Below are positions 56,851 through 64,000 of a stretch of 64,000 bases of DNA, piece after piece. The notes under the pieces are model-generated. The model did not search any database. It was not told where the DNA came from and saw only the letters and a program-made list of their open reading frames with translations. The translations under genes and the position numbers were made by a program. The stretch's first letter is position 1. Every line of letters begins with the position of its first letter. Source of the stretch: Candidatus Bathyarchaeota archaeon. Its GTDB lineage: Archaea > Thermoproteota > Bathyarchaeia > Bathyarchaeales > DTEX01. Where the stretch lies: NCBI GenBank assembly GCA_018396635.1, contig JAGTQE010000002.1, positions 9,615 through 73,614 on the forward strand, given 5' to 3'.

Positions 56851-57413
56851 CTAACCAGCCCCTCCAGCTTCTCATAAACATATATTCCATCTAGAAACCT
56901 GCGGGGATCTCTCTCCTTTATCCTAGTTGCCTGCTCTATATTTGCTGCTGTCTGGCTGACCTCTTCGAGATTTATTCCCTGCACAATTACATCGTCGCCC
57001 TTAACAATAATTTTAGTGTTACCAACAATCTTCGCTATCCTAGGGGCTCTCTCGCCCATAAAATTCTCTATTAAGACTTTATCCCCGCTAACCTTCACAG
57101 ATATTGGGAAATGGGCATAAACAATCTTAAGCTTATAAGTGAATCCTTTAGTTACACCTCTAATCATATTCTTGATATGTGCGGCAACAGTCCCAACATG
57201 GGCTTTCTCCCTTCTCTTTGGATTTAGGGCTGAGATCTCAACCTCCCCCTCTGATACAATTATTGACACTGGGTGGCCTGAGAAGTCTCTAGAGAGGCTG
57301 CCCAGCGGCCCACTCACCTCTACCAACATATTGTTTACACTAACCTTTACGCCTTCCGGGATCTTAACCTTCCTAACCTCCCTCTTAATTACTTCAACTT
57401 CCTGCATCTGCAT
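56847..57413 (-). CDS. rpl6: 50S ribosomal protein uL6
   Basis: 188 aa with the two-domain L6 pattern (VKIPEGVKVSV..., YAHFPISV). Operon position fits. Confidence 0.9.
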   Translation of the reverse strand: MQMQEVEVIKREVRKVKIPEGVKVSVNNMLVEVSGPLGSLSRDFSGHPVSIIVSEGEVEISALNPKRREKAHVGTVAAHIKNMIRGVTKGFTYKLKIVYAHFPISVKVSGDKVLIENFMGERAPRIAKIVGNTKIIVKGDDVIVQGINLEEVSQTAANIEQATRIKERDPRRFLDGIYVYEKLEGLVS

Positions 57414-57426
57414 TTAAATTCCCCTG

Positions 57427-57822
57427 CTAGTAAACATAAGCTAAAAGTTTTCCCCCAATACCTCTCTTCTTAGCCTCTATATGGGACATAACTCCCTCTG
57501 GAGTTGAGACTATAAGTATTCCCATATCCCTAGCTGGAAGATAAGTTTTCTCCCACTTCTCAATATCCTTAGCCTTAAAAGAATATCTTGGTCTTATAGC
57601 CCCACACTTATTTATCCTGCCTAGAAGCTGAACCCTAAATTTTCCAGTCCTGCCGTCATCGATGAATTCAAACTCACCAATATAGCTATGTATTTGCATT
57701 ACTCTAAGAACATTACCCAATAGCTTGGATGCCGGCATTATATAACACTCCTTCTTTCTCCTCATCTCATTGTTATAGATTGTTGTTAAGCCATTTGCTA
57801 TAGTATCCATGTTCATTCCCAT
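57427..57822 (-). CDS. rps8: 30S ribosomal protein uS8
   Basis: [18 protein letters not shown]..., and a C-terminal GGKLLAYVY. Confidence 0.9.
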   Translation of the reverse strand: MGMNMDTIANGLTTIYNNEMRRKKECYIMPASKLLGNVLRVMQIHSYIGEFEFIDDGRTGKFRVQLLGRINKCGAIRPRYSFKAKDIEKWEKTYLPARDMGILIVSTPEGVMSHIEAKKRGIGGKLLAYVY

Positions 57823-57829
57823 TCACCCT

Positions 57830-57994
57830 CTAATTATACTTCTTAAAACCCAATTTTTCGGCAACCTCTCTGAAGCACTGGCGGCAGAGCATTAAACCAT
57901 ATCTTCTTATTATGGGGCCATAGGACCCGCACCGTCTACACGGTCTACTACCCTTACCAAACTTTCTCTCCTTTCTCCGAGTTTTCTCGCTCAC
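57830..57994 (-). CDS. rps14: 30S ribosomal protein uS14 (zinc-binding type Z)
   Basis: Absent from the ORF track because it is under 60 aa. Manual translation gives [54 protein letters not shown], with CxxC...CxxC. The GTG start overlaps the rpl5 TGA stop (GTGA). Confidence 0.85.
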   Translation of the reverse strand: MSEKTRRKERKFGKGSRPCRRCGSYGPIIRRYGLMLCRQCFREVAEKLGFKKYN

Positions 57995-58593
57995 TCTTTA
58001 CGCCTCCCTCTTCTCTTCTCCCTCTTCTCCTCAGTTAACTCGACCCCAAACTCCTCCCTCATGAACGCCATGGCTTCCTCAGCTGTCAGCCTATGTCTCA
58101 TGCCAACTTTAGATCTTGCGCGTCTCCTATATTTAACCCTATAGCCGGGCCTGCAAAGAGACACGCATACATCCATACCTATTATGCCGAGCTCCGGAGA
58201 ATATTTTGTTCCAGGTATTTCGATATGTTCACTGATGCCGAATGAAAAGTTTCCGAAGGGATCAAACGAGCTTACTGGTATCTTATTATCGATGGCTTCT
58301 AAGGCTCTCTTTAAAAACTCTACCGCTCTTTCCCCTCTAAGTGTTACTAGGCATGCTATTGGCTCTTTCCTCCTTATTCCGAAGTCTTTGATTGTCTTCT
58401 TAGCCCTCCTAAAGCAGGGTTTCTGGCCAGTTAGCTCCTCGATTATCTTTATGGCTTTCTCTAGGGGTTCGCCAGACCTTCCAACGCAGCAGTTCACAAC
58501 AACCTTCTCAATTCTAGGCTTAAGCATGGGGTTTTCCTGCCACCTAACCTTGAACTCATTAATCTGTTCAGCTGACAACATTTTCCTCCTCAA
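57991..58593 (-). CDS. rpl5: 50S ribosomal protein uL5
   Basis: [18 protein letters not shown]... plus operon position. The true start may be an internal Met. Confidence 0.9.
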   Translation of the reverse strand: MRRKMLSAEQINEFKVRWQENPMLKPRIEKVVVNCCVGRSGEPLEKAIKIIEELTGQKPCFRRAKKTIKDFGIRRKEPIACLVTLRGERAVEFLKRALEAIDNKIPVSSFDPFGNFSFGISEHIEIPGTKYSPELGIIGMDVCVSLCRPGYRVKYRRRARSKVGMRHRLTAEEAMAFMREEFGVELTEEKREKRRGRRKE

Positions 58594-59353
58594 CCCCCTC
58601 AGCTGGTAGCGAGATCCTCGCCTCCTTATCGCCTATAACAAATAGGTAGTCTAGTATTGTGGAGTATGTGGCTCCCTTGCTATCTTCTATAGTTACGAGA
58701 CTCCTGCGCTTCTTTTGACCCTCAATTACGTCGATTGACTTTATTATCCCATATTTCCCTATGTTCTCACCATCCACAATAATGCCCATCATCCCCTCCT
58801 CAAGCCTTAAATGCTCAAGGATCTCTTGGTTAGGCAGCCCGATCTTCAACGCATCGAGCGTTCTATAAATGTTTCCAGATGGCTTACTTGGATCTTCGCT
58901 TCGGACTAGTATGTTTCTCCCATCATGAAGGTTTAATTGTATATGGCCCCCATTAATCGTAATCTTATCCTCTATCCTACAGATCTTATAATTGGCTTCT
59001 TCAGGCTCTATCTTATGGAGAATTAAACCCTTTTTAAATGGGAGAACCCTATAATTGGCTTTGATTTCAGGTATTGAAACAACATCCATCAATCCTACTG
59101 GAAAATGTTCATCGCGCCTAATTCTACCATCAACCAAAATTTTACCCTGAGAAATAATCTTTTTTGCCTCCCTCATGGTCTCAGCTAAGCCCAATAGATC
59201 CCTAACGATTATTCCTAGCGGTATGGAGCGCTCTATGGGATGGGGGCCTGGGCTCGGCTTAAGAGTCCAAACATATTTCTTCCTATGTATAGGCCAGAAT
59301 GCGGGAGCTGCCTCCCGCTTGAGATGTCTGCCTCCACCCATCTTACCCATCAC
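58568..59353 (-). CDS. rps4e: 30S ribosomal protein eS4
   Basis: GGGRHLKREAAPAFWPIHRKKYVW, followed by S4 and KOW-like domains. Confidence 0.9.
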   Translation of the reverse strand: MMGKMGGGRHLKREAAPAFWPIHRKKYVWTLKPSPGPHPIERSIPLGIIVRDLLGLAETMREAKKIISQGKILVDGRIRRDEHFPVGLMDVVSIPEIKANYRVLPFKKGLILHKIEPEEANYKICRIEDKITINGGHIQLNLHDGRNILVRSEDPSKPSGNIYRTLDALKIGLPNQEILEHLRLEEGMMGIIVDGENIGKYGIIKSIDVIEGQKKRRSLVTIEDSKGATYSTILDYLFVIGDKEARISLPAEGVEEENVVS

Positions 59354-59380
59354 TATACACCCTCAACCATGGAATTATGT

Positions 59381-59800
59381 TTAATGAGCTTCTACCTCAC
59401 TTACAGGAGCCTTCTCACCCTCTTTGGTCTCCTCAATAAATCCTCTTCTCTCTAATATCTTTTTCCTAAGCTTATCGTCTAGATTTAAGCGTATAATCTC
59501 AACATTGGATGGGTGGATTGGAACCAATATTGTTGTTCCATCAACCTTCTGCCGAGTTATGCCCTCAACAAATATTCGGTACTTCTTCCTATCAACCCTA
59601 ATAACTTTACCCTCGACACCCTTATAGTCGCCCCTAAGAACCCTGACAACATCGCCGCTCCTAACTGGAAGAGATCTAGTACCATAGTTTTTTCGCAGCT
59701 CACGTGAAAGGTGGGCTGAGAGTATCTTGCCGCGAATGTGGTAAGGCGCCTGGAAAAGCCTTTTTCTCTGCTTACCAGGCTTAATAGTCTTACTCCTCAT
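59381..59800 (-). CDS. rpl24: 50S ribosomal protein uL24
   Basis: KOW motif [21 protein letters not shown]. Confidence 0.9.
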   Translation of the reverse strand: MRSKTIKPGKQRKRLFQAPYHIRGKILSAHLSRELRKNYGTRSLPVRSGDVVRVLRGDYKGVEGKVIRVDRKKYRIFVEGITRQKVDGTTILVPIHPSNVEIIRLNLDDKLRKKILERRGFIEETKEGEKAPVSEVEAH

Positions 59801-59810
59801 AAATAACCCC

Positions 59811-60251
59811 CTATATTATTATGCTTGCGGCGCTAGCTATTCTCGGCCACCTCTCCGCAGCCTCCCTAGCCACAGGCCCATGGATCTCGGATCCACGCAT
59901 CTCTCCCTCAGGCGTTATGATGACGGCAGCATTATCTTCAAATTGAACCCATATGCCCTCCGGACGCCTGTAAGGCTTCCTCTGCCTAACTATCACTGCA
60001 TGAAATATCTTTTTACGCATGTCCGGGGCGCCCTTCCTAACAGAAACAACCACGATGTCTCCAACAGCGGCTGCGGGTGCTCTCCTGTGCCTTCCCTTAT
60101 ATCCGAGAACCTGTATTAGCCTAAGCTCTTTTGCCCCAGAATTATCGGTGCACTTGATTATTGAGCCGATGTTTATTCCCCTACTTACTCTAGTTTTAGG
60201 TTTTCCAATACCCTTAGCCTGTAGCCCTCTTGTCTTTGCCTTAGCCGCCAA
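59811..60251 (-). CDS. rpl14: 50S ribosomal protein uL14
   Basis: [17 protein letters not shown]...[11 protein letters not shown]. Confidence 0.9.
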   Translation of the reverse strand: MAAKAKTRGLQAKGIGKPKTRVSRGINIGSIIKCTDNSGAKELRLIQVLGYKGRHRRAPAAAVGDIVVVSVRKGAPDMRKKIFHAVIVRQRKPYRRPEGIWVQFEDNAAVIITPEGEMRGSEIHGPVAREAAERWPRIASAASIII

Positions 60252-60253
60252 CT

Positions 60254-60586
60254 TTAAGTCACCTCCTTACGGCCTATTTTCTCTACTATAACGAATGAGA
60301 CTGTTTTGCTTATTGGTCTGCACTCAGCTATCCTTACGATGTCATTTTCAGCAGCATTTATGCATGGCGGGTTATGGGCTGGTATTCGGCTATGCCTACG
60401 TTCATAACGCTTAAATTTCGGCACGTATTGCACATAGTCACGCCTAACAATGACGGTCTTCTGCATCTTAGCGCTTACAACAACGCCCTCAAGTATTCTA
60501 CCCCTAATCTTCAGTGAGCCGTGGAAGGGACAGTACTCGTCATCGCATGTTTTCTCCGGAGGCTTAATTGTGTACGACATCACCAA
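60254..60586 (-). CDS. rps17: 30S ribosomal protein uS17
   Basis: [34 protein letters not shown]. Confidence 0.9.
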   Translation of the reverse strand: MVMSYTIKPPEKTCDDEYCPFHGSLKIRGRILEGVVVSAKMQKTVIVRRDYVQYVPKFKRYERRHSRIPAHNPPCINAAENDIVRIAECRPISKTVSFVIVEKIGRKEVT

Positions 60587-60864
60587 CGTCTCCTAATCAT
60601 TTTCTTAACCCTATCTTCAGGCCGTCCAATTAAAACTTTACCATCAACCTCAATAATGGTTTTGTCTAATAGGGTGAAATGGAAAACGCAATTCTCCTTA
60701 ATCAAAACCTTCTCTTCACCATCCTTACAAATAATCCTAAATGTATTTTTTGTCTCGTCAATTACCCTACCACGCAAATTTACGCAGGAGGGGTTCGTAC
60801 TTTTAACGACTTTAACATCCAGCCCAATAAACTCGTCTTGGAGAATATGTGATATGTTCTTCAT
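60580..60864 (-). CDS. rnp1: RNase P protein component 1 (Rpp29/Pop4)
   Basis: 94 aa. FIGLDVKVVKSTNPSCVNLRGRVIDETKNTF is Sm-like. It occupies the canonical archaeal position between L29 and S17. Confidence 0.85.
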   Translation of the reverse strand: MKNISHILQDEFIGLDVKVVKSTNPSCVNLRGRVIDETKNTFRIICKDGEEKVLIKENCVFHFTLLDKTIIEVDGKVLIGRPEDRVKKMIRRRW

Positions 60865-61070
60865 CTGCCTGCCCTATCCTCCTCACTATTAACTGTAAGT
60901 ATGCGGGCTATTGTCCGCCTAATCTCCCTAATCCTAGCGGGCTTCTCAATAGCTCCCCCAGCCTTAACCATGGTTCTCAGCCTAGATAGCTCTGCACGTA
61001 GTTCGCTTAACCTCCTCATACGCTCCTCACGGGACATGCGCCTAATCTCTCTAACCCTAAGTATTGCCAT
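60861..61070 (-). CDS. rpl29: 50S ribosomal protein uL29
   Basis: 69 aa, helical. LRVREIRRMSREERMRRLSELRAEL. Confidence 0.9.
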   Translation of the reverse strand: MAILRVREIRRMSREERMRRLSELRAELSRLRTMVKAGGAIEKPARIREIRRTIARILTVNSEEDRAGR

Positions 61071-61075
61071 CTCGG

Positions 61076-61714
61076 CTATCCTCCCTCCGACCCGGCTTGA
61101 CCAGCTACCTCCTCAGCCTTCTCTTCAATAAGCTCTATTTCGTCTGGGAATTTTGCTTCAGGCGAAACTATGGTAACCTGAACCCCAAATATTCCGGGCT
61201 TCAGGTAAACATGCGTGACAGCCCTTTTAACATACTTCATTGCAGGCTCCCCGCTCTTTGGTATATATCCATCCCTAAACTTCTCGGCTCTAGCTCTTTC
61301 TGTTCTTAGCTTACCGCTTATAGTTATCTCGGCCCCAAGGGCTCCGGCGCCCATTATCTGCTTCAAAGCCCAGTATCCAACACGCCTAAAATGTATCCCC
61401 CTCCTAAGGGCGGCGGCTATCCTAGAAGCCATAACATGCGGATTCAGCTCCGGAACCTCTATTTCAGCAACTGATATCTGCGGGTTTGGGAGATTAAACT
61501 TCTCCTCTAAAACCTTGGCTAGGCTCTTTATGGTCTCTCCTCCGCGCCCTATAATAAGGCCTGGGCGCACAGCATATATAACGACATTTGTGCCGAGCGG
61601 GGTTTTAGTTATGTGGACACCGCCATAACCGGCTCTCTCAAACTCTTTCCAGAGGAACTCGTCTATCTCGGCTTTCCTAATATTCTCTTTTACAATATGC
61701 TTAATATATGCCAT
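61076..61714 (-). CDS. rps3: 30S ribosomal protein uS3
   Basis: KH domain IIGRGGETIK, plus operon position. Confidence 0.9.
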   Translation of the reverse strand: MAYIKHIVKENIRKAEIDEFLWKEFERAGYGGVHITKTPLGTNVVIYAVRPGLIIGRGGETIKSLAKVLEEKFNLPNPQISVAEIEVPELNPHVMASRIAAALRRGIHFRRVGYWALKQIMGAGALGAEITISGKLRTERARAEKFRDGYIPKSGEPAMKYVKRAVTHVYLKPGIFGVQVTIVSPEAKFPDEIELIEEKAEEVAGQAGSEGG

Positions 61715-61717
61715 CCT

Positions 61718-62182
61718 TTATCCCTCCCTCACCTGCTCAAGAACGATCTCAACATGGCAGAGCGTCTCAAACTTCGGCGTAGCCCTGCCAAATGCCCGGG
61801 GAATATACCTCCTTATCTTTGCTCCCGGATAAGCTGATGCATGGATTATCCTCAGCTTTTCTGTATCAAACCCCTTATATTCAGCATTCGCCTCAGCATT
61901 TTCAAGGACCTCAAGTATTCTGGAGGCTGCTTTAACTGGGTATCTCCCGGCTCCGCTTAAGCCCCTCCTGTGTGGAAGTTTCTTCTTATAGCGTCTATAT
62001 GGGACGGCTTTCTTCTTAGAGATTACTTGGTTTAGGTATTCCTTCGCCTCGCCAAGCATCATGCCTTTTATGGCTGCACAGATCTCTCTGGCGGCTTTAG
62101 GAGATATTCTAAGATCTCTACCACTGGCCTTAACCATAGTATCCGGATTATAGGTGGTTATTGAATAGCCCCACTCAGGCAA
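61718..62182 (-). CDS. rpl22: 50S ribosomal protein uL22
   Basis: [19 protein letters not shown]... It is the first gene of this r-protein block. Confidence 0.9.
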   Translation of the reverse strand: MPEWGYSITTYNPDTMVKASGRDLRISPKAAREICAAIKGMMLGEAKEYLNQVISKKKAVPYRRYKKKLPHRRGLSGAGRYPVKAASRILEVLENAEANAEYKGFDTEKLRIIHASAYPGAKIRRYIPRAFGRATPKFETLCHVEIVLEQVREG

Positions 62183-62226
62183 ATATTCTTCACCATATTA
62201 TTAGTGAATGAGAAAATGCAACAGTT

Positions 62227-62234
62227 ATTTATAA
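62227..62234 (-). promoter_or_regulatory. Candidate TATA box for the r-protein operon
   Basis: TTATAAAT on the minus strand lies about 45 nt upstream of the rpl22 ATG. This is sequence inspection only. Confidence 0.25.
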
Positions 62235-62290
62235 GAGTTTTTCTCTATGGCAAACCTAGATGCTTAAACTATGAAGGCTGTTTTAGCCTT

Positions 62291-62575
62291 TTATCCTCCG
62301 CCGATAACGGTCATAAGTGCTAATGTATCACCGTCCTTAAGGGCTGTATGGCTTACGTTTGTTGGGTTTATGGCGGAGCCGTTAAGGGCCACTATTAGAG
62401 GTGGGTCTATTGGGTTATCGGACACACTGCTAATAAGATCCTTAAGCAATGTGTGGTGCTTCGATACTTCAGTTAGTAGGTCTTTAACGGAGGCCCCTTC
62501 AGGTAGCTCGTATTCCTCCTCGCCCTTACCAGCCTTATATCTGGTAACCCCGAGATAAATGACTTTGATCCTCAT
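62291..62575 (-). CDS. MoaD/ThiS-family ubiquitin-like sulfur carrier / SAMP-like protein with a C-terminal Gly-Gly
   Basis: MRIKVIYLGVTRYKAG...GDTLALMTVIGGG ends in GG directly before the stop. The start is taken at ATG 62575, preceded by GGGG; the track start is 62626. Confidence 0.7.
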   Translation of the reverse strand: MRIKVIYLGVTRYKAGKGEEEYELPEGASVKDLLTEVSKHHTLLKDLISSVSDNPIDPPLIVALNGSAINPTNVSHTALKDGDTLALMTVIGGG

Positions 62576-62752
62576 AGTCCCCGATAAAATTTGTGGAGAC
62601 AGATAATTTAAACCTTGCCATGCCATAAAATTTTAAATTTTTCTATCAGATTTCTCCTCATAAGTCTGGGGAAAAGTTTAAGAAACCTGTTTATCAGGTT
62701 TTTATACCTGCGATGAGATTATTCTTTTTGGTTATATCGAGAGGTATAAGTA

Positions 62753-63316
62753 TTGTCCAGCGGCACGGATATTGAAATTGGCTTCAGCATCGATTACTCA
62801 GATTTCCTATTTGAGAACAGTTTGGTTAGTGTTGTCGCTGTTAGGAGTTCGCCTAAAATCGACCTTATAGGCTTCTCGGTCGGTCCATTTGAGGAGGGGC
62901 GCGAGTATGAACTTAGGCTTTGGGTTGCAAGGGAGCTTGAGGCAGATGGCATAGTGAGGGTTAGGGAAGGCGGATTGGATGCGGCTAAACTCTATAAGAT
63001 CCAGTGGACTGAGCGCATACAGTCGGTTGGTCAGCTATCGACGTTACCGGAGGACTTCTATCCCAGGCTTAGGCGCCTAATCAACGATCTTAAGGCTGTC
63101 TCGAAAACGAGCCCGGAGAAATTGAGGGAATATGAGCAGGTTCAGAATCTTGCACAGGACATAGTTAATTGTAGACTTAGAAAAATTATTTATCTGGCCT
63201 CAACCCCGGTGCCGGAGAGCCAGGCTCCGAAGAACCTGACGTCTGAAGAGAAGAGCCTTTATGAGAGTTTGCGCCATATTATAGACGAGTGGAGGTCGAA
63301 AATAATTCAAGCTTAA
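62753..63316 (+). CDS. GINS subunit, Gins23-like domain order
   Basis: 187 aa. A beta-rich N-terminal part (VVAVRSSPKIDLIGFSVGPFEEGREYELRLWVAREL) is followed by a helical part. It lies directly upstream of mcm. TTG start. Confidence 0.6.
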   Translation: MSSGTDIEIGFSIDYSDFLFENSLVSVVAVRSSPKIDLIGFSVGPFEEGREYELRLWVARELEADGIVRVREGGLDAAKLYKIQWTERIQSVGQLSTLPEDFYPRLRRLINDLKAVSKTSPEKLREYEQVQNLAQDIVNCRLRKIIYLASTPVPESQAPKNLTSEEKSLYESLRHIIDEWRSKIIQA

Positions 63317-63336
63317 CCAGTCCAGAGAGTGGATGT

Positions 63337-64000
63337 ATGAGTGAACTCATAGTTGAGAATCCGCTCGAAAAGTTCAGTTCGCTATTTAAGTCGGCTAAGT
63401 ATCGCCAGAGGATAGCCCAGATGGCTCTCAGCTCCTCAACGTCGCTTATACTTGACTTCGAAGACCTTTTAATCGTCGATCCGCACTTGGCCGATGGCAT
63501 AATTGAGAAGCCCAAAGAATATTTTAGGTACGCTAATAGTGCAGCCTTCGGGCAGCTTCAGATAGAAGCTCCGGAGTACGCTGAGAGGATTAAGGAGGCA
63601 GGTGTGACCGTTAGGGTGCGTGGGCTACCGCATATAACGCCGCTGCGTAAGCTTGGATCCGAGCATATCGGTAAGCTCGTAATGATTGAGGGGATAATAA
63701 TGCGGGCATCAACAGTTAGGCCCATTGTGACCATGGCAGCCTTCAGGTGCAGGAGATGCGATACTGAGGTCTACGTCCCTCAGAACGGAGCTTTCCTAGA
63801 GCTTCCAGTTAAATGTAGTAATAGGGCTTGCGGTAAGGGCGGGCCCTTTGAGTTCATCCCTGAAAAGTCTAAGTTTATTGATTATCAGGAGCTTAGAATT
63901 CAAGAGTATCCGGAAGATATTCCGCCAGGCCAGACTCCCCGCTCCCTAGATATTAGGGTTATCGGCAAGGATATTGTTGATGTTGCGAGACCGGGCGATA
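63337..64000 (+). CDS. mcm: MCM replicative helicase, N-terminal part (truncated by window end)
   Basis: Manual translation from ATG 63337 gives MSELIVENPLEKF... It has an OB-fold region (GKLVMIEGIIMRASTVRP) and a zinc motif (CRRCDTEV...CSNRACG). The frame stays open to position 64000. Confidence 0.85.
   Translation, partial: MSELIVENPLEKFSSLFKSAKYRQRIAQMALSSSTSLILDFEDLLIVDPHLADGIIEKPKEYFRYANSAAFGQLQIEAPEYAERIKEAGVTVRVRGLPHITPLRKLGSEHIGKLVMIEGIIMRASTVRPIVTMAAFRCRRCDTEVYVPQNGAFLELPVKCSNRACGKGGPFEFIPEKSKFIDYQELRIQEYPEDIPPGQTPRSLDIRVIGKDIVDVARPGD

Noticed and set aside
1-64000. CRISPR arrays, tRNA or rRNA genes, transposases or integrases, and inteins in MCM, EF-2, aIF5B or DNA ligase
   Set aside because: I noticed no regularly spaced direct repeats. 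The intergenic gaps I read contain no tRNA-like T-arm or acceptor patterns. No ORF has transposase or integrase motifs. The large housekeeping proteins have normal lengths without insertions.

Overview
This window is a gene-dense archaeal chromosomal segment of about 70 genes. I saw no rRNA, tRNA, CRISPR array, transposase or integrase in the ORFs or in the intergenic gaps I read.

The archaeal assignment rests on aEF-2, aIF5B, Elp3, a gins-mcm pair, ATP-dependent DNA ligase, DGGGP synthase, tRNA-splicing endonuclease, and a ribosomal-protein operon carrying L32e, L19e, S4e and RNase P Rpp29.

The metabolic centrepiece is a complete five-subunit CODH/ACS operon, cdhABCDE (28975-36016). It runs directly into an unusually rich accessory block: a flavin-reductase-like gene, three CooC-family ATPases, a 2x[4Fe-4S]-like protein and a CooT. 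An ADP-forming acetyl-CoA synthetase paired with a stand-alone Pta-N-terminal-like DRTGG protein lies at 51971-55188. Together these indicate Wood-Ljungdahl-type acetyl-CoA/acetate metabolism. A Bathyarchaeia-like TACK archaeon is a guess from gene content only.

Other blocks:
- a tungstate ABC transporter with a fused binding-protein/permease gene
- sugar genes: a GH42-like barrel, xylB, galT-galK, cupin-type PGI, and a SIS/BadF-kinase/PfkB-kinase cluster
- cysK-cysE
- translation and replication genes

Most of the window is ordinary core genome, and I found no convincing defence or mobile island. The most unusual items are:
1. the CODH/ACS maturation and redox module
2. a 517-nt ORF-free spacer between convergent rps19 and argS, where seven other convergent junctions have 31 nt or less
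3. the ACD plus Pta-N-like pair
4. a small metzincin-motif protein
5. a zinc-ribbon/proline-rich/repeat protein
6. a self-contained 29-codon micro-gene in a 643-nt divergent spacer

All functional calls come from reading motifs in the supplied translations. No database search was possible.
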